NCBI RefSeq assembly: GCF_006345805.1
Contig: NC_043001.1
Span: 121,396,001-121,460,000 of the forward strand
DNA length: 64,000 nucleotides
Source of the DNA: Octopus sinensis
Taxonomy: Eukaryota
Direction of reading: 5' to 3'
Below are positions 25,095 through 39,047 of this stretch, in pieces (the first letter of the stretch is position 1; each line of letters starts with the position of its first letter). The notes beneath the pieces are model-generated. The model saw only the letters and a list, made by a program, of their open reading frames with translations. It did no database searches and was not told the origin of the DNA. A program made the translations under genes and the position numbers.

Positions 25095-25295
25095 TCTCAT
25101 TATTTATTATTATTATTATATTATTCATCATTATTATTATTATTTTTACTCTTATTATTATTATTATTATTATATTATTATCATCATCATAATCATCATC
25201 ATCATCATCATCATCATTATTATTATTATTATCATCATCATCATCATCATCATCATCATTATCATTCCAGTCATCACCGTTACTATAACTATTAT

Positions 25296-26535
25296 TAGTT
25301 TTGTCCATTTAAAAACGGGTTTCAGTTTATCAATAATTTTTTTTTTCGCTAACGTTTCTCTCGACTTGTCTTCAGTTGTGTAGACCACAAGTTGCCAGTG
25401 GTCGGTTAAAGGGATCATCTGGTCGACATCAGGATCTCAAATTTGTTGTTGGGGCACACGTGAACGTTCCGCTAGTGCATTCAAGTCTGGCCAACGTATA
25501 TCTCGTCAGAATTCTGGCATTTGATGCAGTAAATTAAATTTCTGCATTTGCAGTTCATATTTACATTTGCAAATATTCTTCCGTTTATTTTTTGTTCCTA
25601 TATTGACCGATATGTATGAACTGACATGTCCCACATCGATTATCATTGTACTTAGACACAGTGAATGATTCGTATTGTTGCTAAGATCACACTTTGCCTT
25701 TATTAAATGTTTCAAGTCTTTCGACTGTCTTTTACTTAGAGCCATTACTCCATCCGTGATTATATCTTCTTATTCATTACTTTGAATAATGATCGGCAAG
25801 TTTGATTCACAATGCTTAAAGTATTCTGGTAACATAGGTTGTGTGCCACTATAACTGGTATGATCTGTTCTCGTTTTCCTCTTCCTCAGGTGGCCCTAAG
25901 TTCTTGTATGGGTATTTCTATATCAAGCTGTACACCATTTTCTATGAGTAGAGAGGGATATTTTTGCTTGGGTAGAGATTCTTTTAGTTTTGTTAGGCTT
26001 TTGTCTCTGATTCTCACATCCTCCACAAACGTACAAATTTTCTCGGCTAGGTTGTATGGGATATTGTGTTTTGTATATGTTGGATAGTAAGATTTGAAGT
26101 TCAGGTATTGAACTTTAAAGGTTATTTGATCTGTTTTGGTGACACAATTCGTGATACCAAAATATCTTTAGAATTGCCAAAGCAAATTGACGATCGTTGT
26201 TCAAAGTAATGACTTGAAGGATATTATATATATTGATTTAGCTTCCAGACATTCTTTTCCGGACACAGTGTTTGTTATCATGAGACCCCTTATTGCACAC
26301 AAACGTAGTAATTATGCTCGCTTCTCTTTTGGTTTTCCAAAGCTTTATCTTTCTATAGCATTTGGTCAGTTCTTGCTTCAGCCTGCTTCTTCATTGTTGC
26401 GGAGGTCTCCAACGATTACGTTGAAGCAATTCCATAGTAACAAGTTTCTTTTCGTTTATAGGTGATCAAAGTATTCATTTGATTCTTCAAAACTGTATCT
26501 GGAATCTGGGACATAAATTTAGAAGATGGTTAACA
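25296..26535 (-). mobile_element. Penelope-like element 3' fragment (RT end plus GIY-YIG), decayed
   Basis: LSKRQSKDLKHLIKAKCDL and IYCIKC.NC resemble 46729-47066. Confidence 0.8.
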
Positions 26536-27126
26536 TTCCCTGTAGCATCGAGAGAAACACTCATTAGTCTCTCTTAATAAGCAACGTAGGATTTTATGTA
26601 TTTTGCGAATGTTTTTCTTCCATCAAAGCTATTCCCTGTCATGTAATGTTATCTCTTCTGCATAAATAAATGATAACATACTTAACCATTTCAAACGCGA
26701 TACCCTGCAGATAAGAAAGGACATTTCAAACCCAGTAAAGCTGTAGAGATAGCAGAGAAAGACTTGGGTACTCTAATGAGACGAAAGAAGTTGCCAGCAA
26801 GCCGATACGGCACTCGAACCCGTATCCCTCAGACATCGACTGAATAGGCGACAGGTAATTTGAATCCTGATAACTACACCTCCGGTATTTTGACTCCGGT
26901 AATTTGACTACCAGTCAATTTCACTCCCGATATTTGAAAAAATAAAACGTTGAATAAGGATAAAATAAAAGGTCGAGTAAAACCTAAAATTATTACTAAA
27001 AGTTTCAATAAAAATGAAGGTTAGGGGCTATTGCTCATATAAAATCCATCTTATTTTCGGGACTATGTCGCTCAATACTTATCCGTTTGCTTATATTCTT
27101 TCTTTTATTTTTGTTTGGTCTCGCAG

Positions 27127-27248
27127 ATCCCACCTCCATCAAATTCAACCTGTCTCAGCTGTGCCAAGTGTTCTTCCCTTTTCAATGCAGTAATTATCTC
27201 CATATATTCGGATGTGAACAAATTAAGGAAATTTGTAGGGCGTTGTGA
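27127..27248 (+). CDS. Candidate Cys-containing exon
   Basis: Long pyrimidine tract plus CTCGCAG acceptor; frames give DPTSIKFNLSQLCQVFFPFQCSNYLHIFGCEQIKEICRAL* or IPPPSNSTCLSCAKCSSLFNA|GTAATT; no paralogue in the window. Confidence 0.22.
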
Positions 27249-27315
27249 AATCCCTCTAAAAGTTTATTAGTGCGAGACATATCCGATTCTGTTTTAAAGC
27301 GGACATTCCAACTAC

Positions 27316-27573
27316 CAATGCGAAACTAGGGAGAAGTCCTTCGTGGTCTCATTCCTTTACTTCGCACTCATCTTAGGTACGATAATCCAAAGTAGGTCAC
27401 AAGTTCTTGCGGAAGATCATCGTCATCTACAAGATTTTCGACAATGGGAAACTAGGGAGAAGTCCTTCGTAGTCTCATTCATTTACTTCGCACTCATCTT
27501 AGGTACGATAATCCAAAGTAGGTCACAAGTTCTAGCAGGAGGATCATCGTCACCTACAAGATTTTCCGTCAAT
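27316..27573. repeat. 126-bp direct tandem duplication
   Basis: GAAACTAGGGAGAAGTCCTTCGT...CAAAGTAGGTCACAAGTTCT...CTACAAGATTTT at 27322 and 27448. Confidence 0.92.
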
Positions 27574-30500
27574 CTCATCATCGAGACGAAGAATTAGCAA
27601 CGCTTAAAACCATCTGATTTTAATGCTAAACTCATTATCATGATGGTATCTTTCCTTCAAGCCAAATTCACATGTTTTCTGTATATATTTTGTGATAGAT
27701 GAAAAAGACAGCATGAGATGGAAGTAGTAGGAAACAGATACAATGCTATTAATATGAGCTTTTTCAAAATCCCTCATAACATCTTCAGGGCTCAGTCTTT
27801 GGAGTAATTGATTTAGCTTATAAAAAAGGCGGGTATAAGTTTATTGATTTTTTTTTTGCGGAACACTGAATAACCCCACCTGAATATGATGCATGGATTT
27901 TGAAGCACATGAACAATGAGGATCTTCACCAATGTGCTGAATTATGGTATGATCTTCATCATGTATCCTAATGTGCACTCGAGCGTTACAGGACATAATT
28001 TCGAATTTCCTGTAAGTCTTAGATTCATCGAATTTTTGTTTCTGTGCTTCATAATATGTAATTCATGTCATCCACAAGTCTCTTCCTTCCGCGGATACTG
28101 TCAAAAACGTGAGGCATGGTGTAAGTATATTTCCTTTATAAGTAACTTTTATATCCTTGTAAGTTTGATAATTTAACGAAGTATTTACACGAACGCACGA
28201 GGCTTCCTGTTATACGAGTTTACACGGCTCACGGCGAACTGCTGATAACTCGACAGTTCTTTATTCATAGCAAATGTGACAATTCACTTTTAATCATATG
28301 GGAGTTGTCGGAATCCTTCCACAACAGTAAAGAATGAGGCAAGGATGGATCACGGATATACCTGTAAACTCTTTAAATTAAACATCCGAATGGATAACTG
28401 AAAAGGTAGTTTCAGTTAACTGAATTACTCTGTAAATAAATCAATCGAATAGGTGACTGAAATTGTATTTTCAGTTTACCGAATTACCTTGTATATCATC
28501 ATCATCAGCAGCAGCAGCAGCAGCAACAACAACAACAATAATCAGTAGAGCACTTAAAAGGTGCAAACCTCCGCCGAGACAATACCAACATCCTCTCAAC
28601 GATGAGCCAGAGATGATTTTTAGAATGAGAATATCTGAAATAAACTCGACTGCTCTCACAAACGAGAATACTAAAAGTGAACTCGACCGCTCTCAAAAAT
28701 TAGATGGAGTAAGCAAATTAATGCTGAAAACGGCAGAATCCGCATACTTCGCCTCGATGAATGACTCCCACCTCTCTGACTCGTCAATAATTTATGGCAC
28801 CAATTTATGAAAAGAAATGAGGCTCCAGAAATATATAACGCGTAACGTTATTGGACCTTCGATCCAGCGCCCGCGCAGCACTCAGCTAATCACAACACAG
28901 GGTTCAATAAATGTCCAATGACTTTTATGATAGTTATTTTAACCAATCTCAACAGAGTAACGTGGTGAGCCTTCAGAAACTAACTTAATGTTTTCAAATA
29001 TACAACAATAGAAATTGGTCTCGCTACACATCTATCACGTTCATATGTTCAGAATATTGCTATTGGTCAGAATTTTACTATTCGTCTAGGGATTATAGCG
29101 GAATATGCAAGGGAACAGCACTTCATTTCTTGGAGCCCATAGCCAAGATGTGGATGTAACTAATCCAGAATTTGATTCTTCGATAAACCTTGTGCTAACC
29201 ATTACGGTTTATAATCTACTAGTTCCATTTATATGTTGTGTTTGTATAGGATTCAACATCTTCGTGCAGTCACGTATTAAAGCTTGCTTGTCAGCCTGGA
29301 CGTATTACAAATTGTCTGTTGTATGTCATATTTTCACAAGATTGTAAGTACTGCAACTACGTGTGACAAGCACCCAATATAGGTTAAGTGTTGTATATTG
29401 AGGTAAGGCACAGATATGTAGATGTCTGTAGTCGTGTTTTTGAACATTGTGATCCTGCAGAGTTAGATTCATAATGAGATTGTTCGTCATAGTGGTTGTA
29501 GTATATTGGGGGCTCATCGTTGTAGAACCTATGGAATTTGTGGGCAACGGTATGGAGGAGGGGCCATATCAGGACCGAAAGGCAGAGAGAAACAAATCAA
29601 GGAGAAGTAAGTTATGGGGTGAAAAATAATGAAGAATGATTATGTTTGTGGTTCACAATGAAGAGAGAAAATATGTTAAACGAAACAGCGGAGATGAAAA
29701 ACAATTATAAAAATGTTGAACGTCTTTGCTGGCTTAATTCTCCAGGCACAGGGAAGTAACATGTGATATGAGAGAGAGAGAGAGAGAAGTATGAACTGAC
29801 GAGGAAAGTGTATGGGAGAGGCAAAGCTATAAGAGAGAGGAGAGGGCGAGAGAAGTAGCAAAAGAGAGTGAGTGAAGGAGAAATGTCATGGAGACAGATT
29901 TGTTTTCTTCACTGAAAGGAGAATAGAGAAAATATGTGTTCACAGATAATAACGAAGTGAGGAAATATATATATTAAAACTTTTTCCTTTATTTCAGTCA
30001 TGAGACTGCAGCCATACTGGAGAAGGTGGAGGGCCCCTGGAATAACTTTTTGTCGAACGAATTGACCCTAGTACTTTTTTCTCAGTATGGTGAAAATTGC
30101 CCAAAGTGCCATGTCACACGATGAGACCAAAAACAAAAACGGAATTATGTGGTTGGGAAGCAAACCTAATATTGATGGTCTCAGACGAAAATGAATAGCA
30201 TTATATTCAGATTAATTACACAAAGCAAAGGAAATAATCACACTGAATGGTTCTTATGTTGAACATGTCAAAGAGAGCTGTGTAGTATCCGTCGCACTAG
30301 ACACACAGGTTAGAAAATACAGGTCACGCTAGCATGTATAGCATTTGAAAGATTTAAGAAACAGGATCTGGAGCTTGTAGGACATCAGCCAGCGATGCAT
30401 TGATAGGTTTCACATTTTTGCTTCTCTAGTCAGGGTCTAGAAACACATAAGTAAGAGGTTATTAAAATGTGTTTAAAACTAAAGAGATATTATAATGAGA

Positions 30501-33321
30501 GTGGCGTAATTTGTATAAGAAACGTTATTTACATGAAATAAACCAGAACTGAAGTAGTCAGACGGAAGAGAGTGAAATGGTGCGACCATCTAATTAGAAG
30601 GAAACTAAAAAATAATTCCTTATTTCAGTCGATGTATCAAGACTTCTAAAACCACAGGCCATGTAATAAGCAGTAGAAATGACAGAGCTGTTACGATAAA
30701 CGGCTACATATCTTTTAACAGCAACAAGCAGAGTATAAAAGAAGGGCGTAGCGGTGCTCCGGCTGGCAAGAGAGCGACCAATGATCCGGAAAACAGAAGA
30801 AGCTAAAAAGCACGCACATACATACATACACACGCACGCACACACACACACACACATACAAGTACACACACACAGAAATAGACACATGGACTATTGGTTC
30901 GGTGCGTTCTGTCCACGAGAAAAACACTTCCAGTGCAGTCATCTGAGAAGAAATACCAGCAACAACCAGGGGTTAAACTTGCAACAGACTGGCATCTCTT
31001 TTAGTGGGATGTCTTCTATCCCCGGTGGGGCCTAATGGGCCTGAATATCATGTAGAGAATATAACTAAGAAACTACTTCAATGAAGACATTGAGGCGTGT
31101 GCAGTCTCGTGTTAGTGTAACATTGAGGGAGTGAAAGTAGACATGAACGTGTAGAAGACGAATCTACGTCCGGTGCTTTGATTGGAATGTAGCTGTTTGT
31201 GAAATGTTGATTACTTGAACAATGACAGTTGAATGACCTGATAATACTAATTAGATAAATGATCGTAAATCTAATCAACATGATACATTTTGCAAGTATT
31301 AACATTTTAGTGGAATGTTTAAAATAACAAATGGAATCAGTGCCTCTTCCGGTGGTATTTGATCTTAGTCTGCAGTATTACAGTATTTCATCTAGAAAAC
31401 GAACGGTAGCAACAGATCAGATTTAATCCTTTATTTAACAATTCTAAAGCTTACATTGATAACATTATATTGGCAAGAAGATAGAATATCAATATAATTT
31501 CAAATCATGCAATATTTTCTGTTTCAAGCCATAGTGAGCCCTGAAACTGTTTAAATTACATTATGGTGGATTATACAGTCTCATGCATGCATAGTGTTGT
31601 ATTGAAACGTAAATTATAGTGTCGTTACAAGAAAGAATATTTTATATTATATATGGAGAAAATATATTTTATATTATATATGGAGAAAATAATTTTATAT
31701 TATATATGGAGAAAATATAATTTTATATTATATATTAAGAAAATATTATTTCATATTATATATGGGGAAATTTTTATTTTGTATTATATATGCAGAAAAT
31801 ATCGTTTTATAGCATAAAATATCATCAAAGACGATTCTTGGAGGCTCTTTTTCGATTTTCACTCAAAAGTTTGTTTCTGCTGTTCTATCCTCTGTTCCAT
31901 TACCAGTACTTGAACCTGGAAACATAATGAAAAAACATAAAATATAAAATTTTAAGCACATTAATTACCGGATAGTATGAATTTGTATATATATATATAT
32001 ATGTTTATTTCTTACTATTTGAACTGTTAGAGCTGTTTTCGCTATGTATCCAGTACAACCCTTAAACAAGTAAATAATATTTCCCTAAACAATAGATCAA
32101 CGTATTTCAGTTTGTGACTTATTCACGAATATACCATGAATGACGATGCCTTTCATGTTACTTCAGCCAATTGACAAGCGCTGATGGAAGGACGGTTCTG
32201 CTTTTAGACAAATACACTGTCAACAAAAAGGTCACATCCTGTTTACATGTAGGAACACTTTCTTAAAATCTATCTGCACATCTTGAAAATGGCCAGCGTG
32301 TATATTTCACAGAAGACAATGCTCGAAACGTAGATCTGAATCCATGAGAAACTACTTTGACAGCATTCTTCAAATTATGCCAATGTGATCTGTTTGCCCG
32401 AACACTGCTGTACGTAGAGATCCCCGTATACTCTACCTGGGCACACAATATATATATGCACACATATATTTATTCATTTATATTTTTTTTTAATAATAAA
32501 TAAAATGACCATCCCGAAATATGTATGTGTATATGTATATATATTTTTACATTTTCCCGAGCAATATATAATTTGTTACGGGATTTGACAAGTAAAAATG
32601 CTACTGTCTGTTTCGCGGCCTCTATTGTTGCATTTCCTCAATATTGACCACTACTTAGACATACTGACCGGATGCGCATAAACCTCTTTTATGCTGGAAA
32701 TAGATAGACCTTATATTGATTTGGCAGTGGTAAAATGAAATGAATGGAAACGAAGTGAAAAAAATTATATCATTGTTCGGCAATGGGATGTGATTTATTC
32801 CTCTTTTATATCTCTTAGAGATGAGTTAAAGCGTATGAGCTGTGTGTGTATCTATCGATCCTAATTCAAAAATTAATATGATCACGTCGAACAAACTGAA
32901 TTTCCGCTGAGGAAAATTATTTGCAACATTGAATAATTTTCCTGAGTGAATTAAAGAAAGTACAGGAATTGTGTGAATTTTTCTGCCCAGTAGAGTCTGC
33001 ATCTTCTACTTCTATACAAAATTAGAAGAAAACATTTTTGCCCTCGGTTAGACAAACAGTTCCGTAGGGACAAGAAACGGAAAAGCGCAAAATAAAATGC
33101 TGATTTATTGAAATTATCCAAGCTTCGAGAAAATGTAAATAAATAGTTGTATGTATGAGAGAGGGGGAGAGTCTGTGCGCTTGCGTGCACGCGTGGGTGT
33201 CCTAAGGTATCATCCGTTGTGGTTGATGATGACGACAACGACGAAGAGGATGGTAATGGTGATTGATGAAGCTAATTATGACGGTAATGGTGTTAAAAAA
33301 ATGAAGAAACACGATACTTAC

Positions 33322-33399
33322 TTTCATCAAGCAAATTCATGTTGAGCAATGCCTGGAATTTGTTCAAAACTTGGGAGATATTGCGCCGCAGTTGACTTT
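33322..33399 (-). pseudogene. Acceptor-deleted remnant of the 7667-7783 exon
   Basis: SQLRRNISQVLNKFQALLNMNLLDE|GTAAGT; its 5' end is fused to sequence matching A 4560-4590. Confidence 0.55.
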
Positions 33400-33630
33400 G
33401 AACACTTAAAGAGATTAATTGTTTTTAGCTTAGGATTGGATCATCATAGGTAAAATAACCGCATTCAGTATGGTTGAGAACAGAATTAGTGAAGAAGGCT
33501 AGAACTACAAGCGGGTGACTAAAAGTTGGTCTTAAGAACATATTCGTCCAGTACCGGGGATTGCCCTCTTTAGCATGTAAGAAATCCACATGGTGGTCTT
33601 CCCTCCGTGTATAATTTTTATAAACGTATC

Positions 33631-33681
<51 letters not shown>

Positions 33682-34298
33682 GTAATTACCAGGTGGTTTT
33701 AATTGCGTGTTATCCACCTTAATTATTTTATAATCTTCACATTGCCATTTTGTGAAATCAATCACTCATTTTTATGTCATTCTCAATGACATTTACAGGC
33801 GGGAGTTAACCTCTACCAGCCGTAATGGAGTGAGCATTGCTGATGAGTATTAACTTCCCATAAGAAATTACCATGCTAATCTAATCCATCTGGCTTACCG
33901 TGGGGAATGTTGCCTCCCCCCCTGTCAATGCACCATGTGTTTTTTTATGGCTAAAGTGTCTATGACTATAATTTAACACAATCACTGGTAAAAGTTTGCA
34001 AGACTCAACGAAAAGTTTTAGGAAAATAAAAATAAGAAATACGTTGAAATGTTACCGGTGAGTGTGTGGAATTATAAGGCACAAAAAGAAAATGGCTCTC
34101 CCCAGACAGAACAGAATATGCTTCAACACACGAACTCACATAAAGAATCTTGCAAACCAAATCCCAAAACGAAATAGTCTATGACTAATATTTCTAATAA
34201 TGCTGGTGCTCACCGCACTCTTGTCACCTTTAGTAACTGTGAATTATTTCCCTGTTGGTCTTAAAATGCTGATAGCCGCCTTAATTTATATATACACG

Positions 34299-34338
<40 letters not shown>

Positions 34339-34410
34339 ATACGTTCGTATATGTAAGTATATCGTATGTTGTATATGTATATATTTGTATTTATTTGCTT
34401 TTCTGAGTAT

Positions 34411-34469
34411 ATTCCACTGATGAAGGCAGAGCATTTCTTATGCAGAGTCAGAAATCCGGGTTCTGGAAT
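34411..34469 (+). ncRNA. Degenerate minimal type I hammerhead-like motif
   Basis: ATTCCA-CTGATGA-[stem II with GCAT/ATGC]-GAAA-TCCGGGT-TC-TGGAAT; stem I is 6 bp, stems II and III are imperfect. Confidence 0.4.
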
Positions 34470-34677
34470 TATCCAGAAATGTTTGCTATTCTATTTTGTC
34501 TCTTCGTCTTCTCTCCTGGTGCTATATGAACATTTAATGTGGTTTTAGAGTCAAGATTTGACTGCTATTACCCTATATTATAATTTTAAATAATTGTTAC
34601 CTTTGATGGTTTTTATTCCCATGCTGGCCACCTGATAAAATCGATATTTAAATATTGATCTTATCCTTCTGTGTGTA

Positions 34678-34742
<65 letters not shown>

Positions 34743-34743
<1 letters not shown>

Positions 34744-37700
34744 TGGTTGGCATCCTTTTTGTCTCGGAGACAATGGAGTTGCGCATAAATAGTCCAGTCC
34801 GGCTTTTATATTTCATATCCTGATTCATTTCCTGCTGTGGCTGTGTAGTCCTATCCTGGACAAACACTCCCTCTGGCAGGTACCGCAAATGTAGCGAAGA
34901 CTGTTCCTGGCTGGTTGTAATGTCATAGTTTCTTGTTGACGTCTCTTCTTTTCTTTCCATTTCTCCTCTCTCTCCCTGTCACTCCTTTGTATTCCCTCTT
35001 TTACGGTACGTTGCCATTCTCCACGGTTGCCGGCAACTGCCTCCCAACCGCTAATATTGATGTTGCAGGCCTTCATGTTCCTTTTGCAAACATCCTTGTA
35101 ACGTAAGATCGGTCTACCCACAGACCTAGTACCCCTAGCAAGCTCACCGTAGAGTATGTCCTTGGGGATTCTGCCATCTTTCATACGGCTAACATACCCA
35201 AGCCATCTCATACGTCTTTGTGTGAGGAGTGCAAACATGCTTGGTATTCCTGCTTGCCTGAGGACATCTTTGTTGGGGATATGATTCTGCTATTTGATGC
35301 GGAGGATTTTTCGGAGGCAGCGCAGGTGAAAGATGTTTAGGTGACGCTCTTGGCGTGTGTATAGCGTCCAAGTCTCACTTCCATACAGTAGAGTGCTGAG
35401 TACACATGCCTGGTAGATCTTCATTTTCGTGGTCTTGATCAGCTTATTGTTGTTCCAAGCCCGTTTGGAGAGTTGGGCCATCGCAGCAGCTGCCTTTCCA
35501 ATGCGTATATTGTGCTCAGCGTCAAGGGATAGGTTGTAGGTGACGGTAGAGCCCAGATAGGTAAACTTCTCCACCTTTTGTAATCTGTGGTCTCCAATAT
35601 GTATGTTTGGGATGTCCGATGTAGCCTGACCCATGATGTTGGTCTTCTTAAGGCTGATAGCTAAGCCAAAGTTGTTACATGCTTGCTCAAAACAGTCAAT
35701 GAGCCTTTGGAGGGCTTCTTCTGTGTGATACCAGAGCGGCATCATCAGCAAATAGCATCTCCTTGATCAGGACGTTTCTGATTTTGGTTTTGGCACACAG
35801 GCGCGAGAGATTGAACAGTTTCCCGTCACTTCTACTGTGCAGAAACACTCCATCATCTGATGTCTGAAAGGTTTGTGAGAGTAAGAGCGAGAAGAAGATG
35901 CCAAACAATGTATGAGCGAGGACACATCCTTGCTTTACCCCGTTTTTTATTTGGAAGGCGGCTGATGTTGAACCGTTGTGCTGTATGGTGCCTTGCATGT
36001 CATCATGGAAAGACTTGATGATCCTCAGCAGCTTTGGTGGACATCCGATTTTTTGGAGCAGGATGAAGAGGCCTGTTCTGCTTACCGAGTCAAAAGCCTC
36101 TGTTAGATCAATGAAAGCCATATATAATGGCATTTTCTGCTCTCTGGACTTCTCCTGAAGTTGGCGTACGGAGAATATCATATCGATAGTTGATCTGCTT
36201 CTTCTAAAGCCACACTGCGATTCCGGATAGATACGAGAAGCAAGTAGTTGTAGCTTTGTCAGGATAACGCGGGCAAAGGTCTTTCCAACAGTGCTTAGAA
36301 GAGATATTCCACGGTAATTGTTACAATCACCACGGTCACCTTTGTTTTTGTAAAGCGTAATGATGTTAGCATCCCGCATATCCTGAGGGACTGTACCCTC
36401 TTCCCAGCACTGACACAGAAGCTCATGAAGATGCCGAAACAGGATGGGGTTTTTGCCGGCTTTGATGATATCTGAGGGGATGCCGTCTTTTCCCGGAGCC
36501 TTAGTTCTTGCTAGGGAGTCAACAGCCTTGGTGAGCTCTGCTATAGATGGCGGACTGTCAAGTTCGCACATGACTGGCAAGATCTTGACACTCTCGACTG
36601 CTGCCTCAGCCACTGTAGTCTCCCGTGAGTAGAGATCCTGGTAGTGCTCCACCCAGCTATCCATTTGCTTGCCTTGATCCGTGATGAGATCTCCAGAGGG
36701 GCTGACTTGGTTGCGGATGGACCGAGGGCCTTCTTCAAACCGGCATACATCCCACAGGTGTCGCCACTGTCAGCAGCTGACTGGATACTCTGACAGATTT
36801 CCTGCCAATACCCATTTGCACAGCGTCTGGCTGTCAGTTGGGTTTTATTTCGTGCCTTTCTGAGTTCTTCGAGGGACTTTGTAGAAGAATCACTCTTGTA
36901 TTGCATCAGAGCTGCACGCTTTGCTTCGATAACTGGCTCCAGCTCTGAGAGCCCAGCATTGAACCAATCTGGGTTTTATCTTTCTCTCATGCCGAAAGTA
37001 TCTATTGATGTCGTATACAAAGCTTCCCTGATATAGTTCCACCTACTTTCAGCAGAGGAGGTTGGGCAGCTACTGAGGGCAACTTTGATAGAAGCAGCAA
37101 AACATTTTTGCAGTGTAGGTTCCGAGGTTCTGGCAGTGTTAATGCGTGGTCGGCCCACTTTCTTGAAGCGATGGACTTTTTTAGGCAGAATCCTCACCCT
37201 ACTTCTAATTAGTGAGTGGTCTGTGTCACAATCCGCGCTGTGGTAACTGCGGGTCAATAGAGTAGAATTCAGAAAGGATCTCCGTGTAATGATGAGATCC
37301 AGCTGATGCCAGTGGTGAGATCTTGGATGTCTCCAAGATGCCTTGTGGGAAGGCTTGTTGGTAAAGAATGTGTTTGTGATGCACAGGTTGTGGTATGTGC
37401 AGAATACGAGTAGTCTCTGACCATTGTCATTCATGTTGCCAATACCAAAGTGTCCAACACAAATGGGCCACGAATCATGGTCAGATCCCACGCGAGCGTT
37501 AAAATCCCCCAGAAGGTAGATATTTTCAGTCGTTGGTATATTTTCTATGACACAGTTGAGATCTTTGTAGAACTGGTACTTGGTCTCCTCTGAGCTGTAG
37601 AGAGTGGGAGCAGAGATGCTGAGTAGATGTACTGAGCCAGAAGAAGTCGAGAGGCGCAGTGAGGGGATACGCTCAGTGCCTCCTGATGGTGGTTCTATTG

Positions 37701-38620
37701 AGGAGAGTAATTAGTTTCTCACTGCAAAGCCAACGCCATGCTGACGAGGTTCTTCTGGATCGCTTCCTGCCAAAAGGAGGTGAAATCCTGCTCTTTGAGT
37801 TTGCCGTTCGAGGGGAGACTTGTCTCCTGCAGCCCAGTAATATCTATGTTGAGCCTCTTTAGTTCACGGTCAATGATGGCCGTTTTCCTTGTGTCTTCAA
37901 CCCTGAGTAGATCATCAGATATTCCAGGGCACATGGTCCTGACATTCCAGCTTGCCAACCGCACAACTGGTGTTTTCTTGACTTTTAGTTGTTTGCCTGG
38001 TGCAGAGGTTGCAGGCCGCTTTTCAAGTCATACTTTTAGCTTCAAGCACCCAATGAAGCAGGCGACCTGTGGCGGGTCAGCACCTTATTAACTGGGGGCT
38101 GCCCAGCTTGAGGTGGGCAGTAGCTAACCAATAGGACACGGAGGTCCCTCCCACCGTCAGAGGTAACCCGTAGCGCCCATATTTTACGCCAATCTGAATC
38201 GACTTTTCACTCGTGACTGTTACCTCCCGTGTTGTTTCTGCAGCTTTTTACAGCAGCACTGAAGTGTCCTCTCCAGTTTTGCGCAAGCCTGGGCTATAGA
38301 TAAGAAAGTCCTGGGTAGCCCAATCGTCAGGTTTCCTCTCTCGACCTTGCTGATGTAGTCCAAAGGAGTGCAGTGCATTACGTTTGGCACCAGCTTGGTT
38401 GCAGGAGCTGCCGGAAGAGTGTCGAGTCGAACACTAGACCGCCTTCGGGGCTCCACTCCGGATTTCTTTGAAGGTTGTTTCCGTTCCGTAACCCTGGATA
38501 GGGGCCCATACCGGGTACTGTCAGCCGGAGCCAGCTGAGCCCGGAACTCGTGTCAGGCAAGGTCGTCACTCCCTGAAGTAGTAAAGAAGTTCGCTACCCA
38601 CTACCTTTTCAAGTAATGTT
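34743..38620 (-). mobile_element. Near full-length RTE-clade LINE (APE plus RT), frameshifted
   Basis: MRLASWNVRTM, GLQET, GDFNARVG, DTDHSL endonuclease motifs; NYRGISLL, FIDLTEAFDSV, GVKQGCVLA, LFADDAAL RT motifs; 5' UTR to about 38620; 3' end abuts (TA)n. Confidence 0.93.
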
Positions 38621-38667
38621 AAATTATTATTAGATTATATATATATATATAGGTATGTATGTATATA

Positions 38668-38828
<161 letters not shown>

Positions 38829-39047
38829 ATACAGTTCTCTCTTTATCTTTATATGGGTTTGTTTGTCCTTTGTATAATAAAACATTGATAAAACACTTAA
38901 GCATTTCGTCGAAGGTACAAATTAGTATATTGTGGGTTACAAGTACAACACTGTTGATTATGGTGACGTCTAATACATGCGATAAAATCGAATGTTTGGA
39001 ACAAAACAAAATAAATTTGAATAAATGTGTTAGAAGCTTTTGCTTAC

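Noticed and set aside
21864-25418. Many I/Y/L-rich ORFs (also at 134-391, 4145-4357, 16872-17249, 38635-39060)
   Set aside because: Products of (TTA)n, (TCA)n and (TA)n microsatellites.
30594-30887. FYTLLVAVKRYVAVY resembling GPCR TM3 (E/DRY)
   Set aside because: Single short motif with K at the acidic position, no other TM segments, and the ORF starts in a CA microsatellite.
33833-33885. CTGATGAG...GAAA hammerhead-like string (also about 43446)
   Set aside because: No convincing stem I or II, and the paralogue has GAGA in place of GAAA.
38400-38620. HDV-like ribozyme in the RTE 5' UTR or the Dong 5' end (21860-21978)
   Set aside because: Some complementary blocks are visible, but I could not assemble the nested double pseudoknot by eye; needs an RNArobo/Infernal search.
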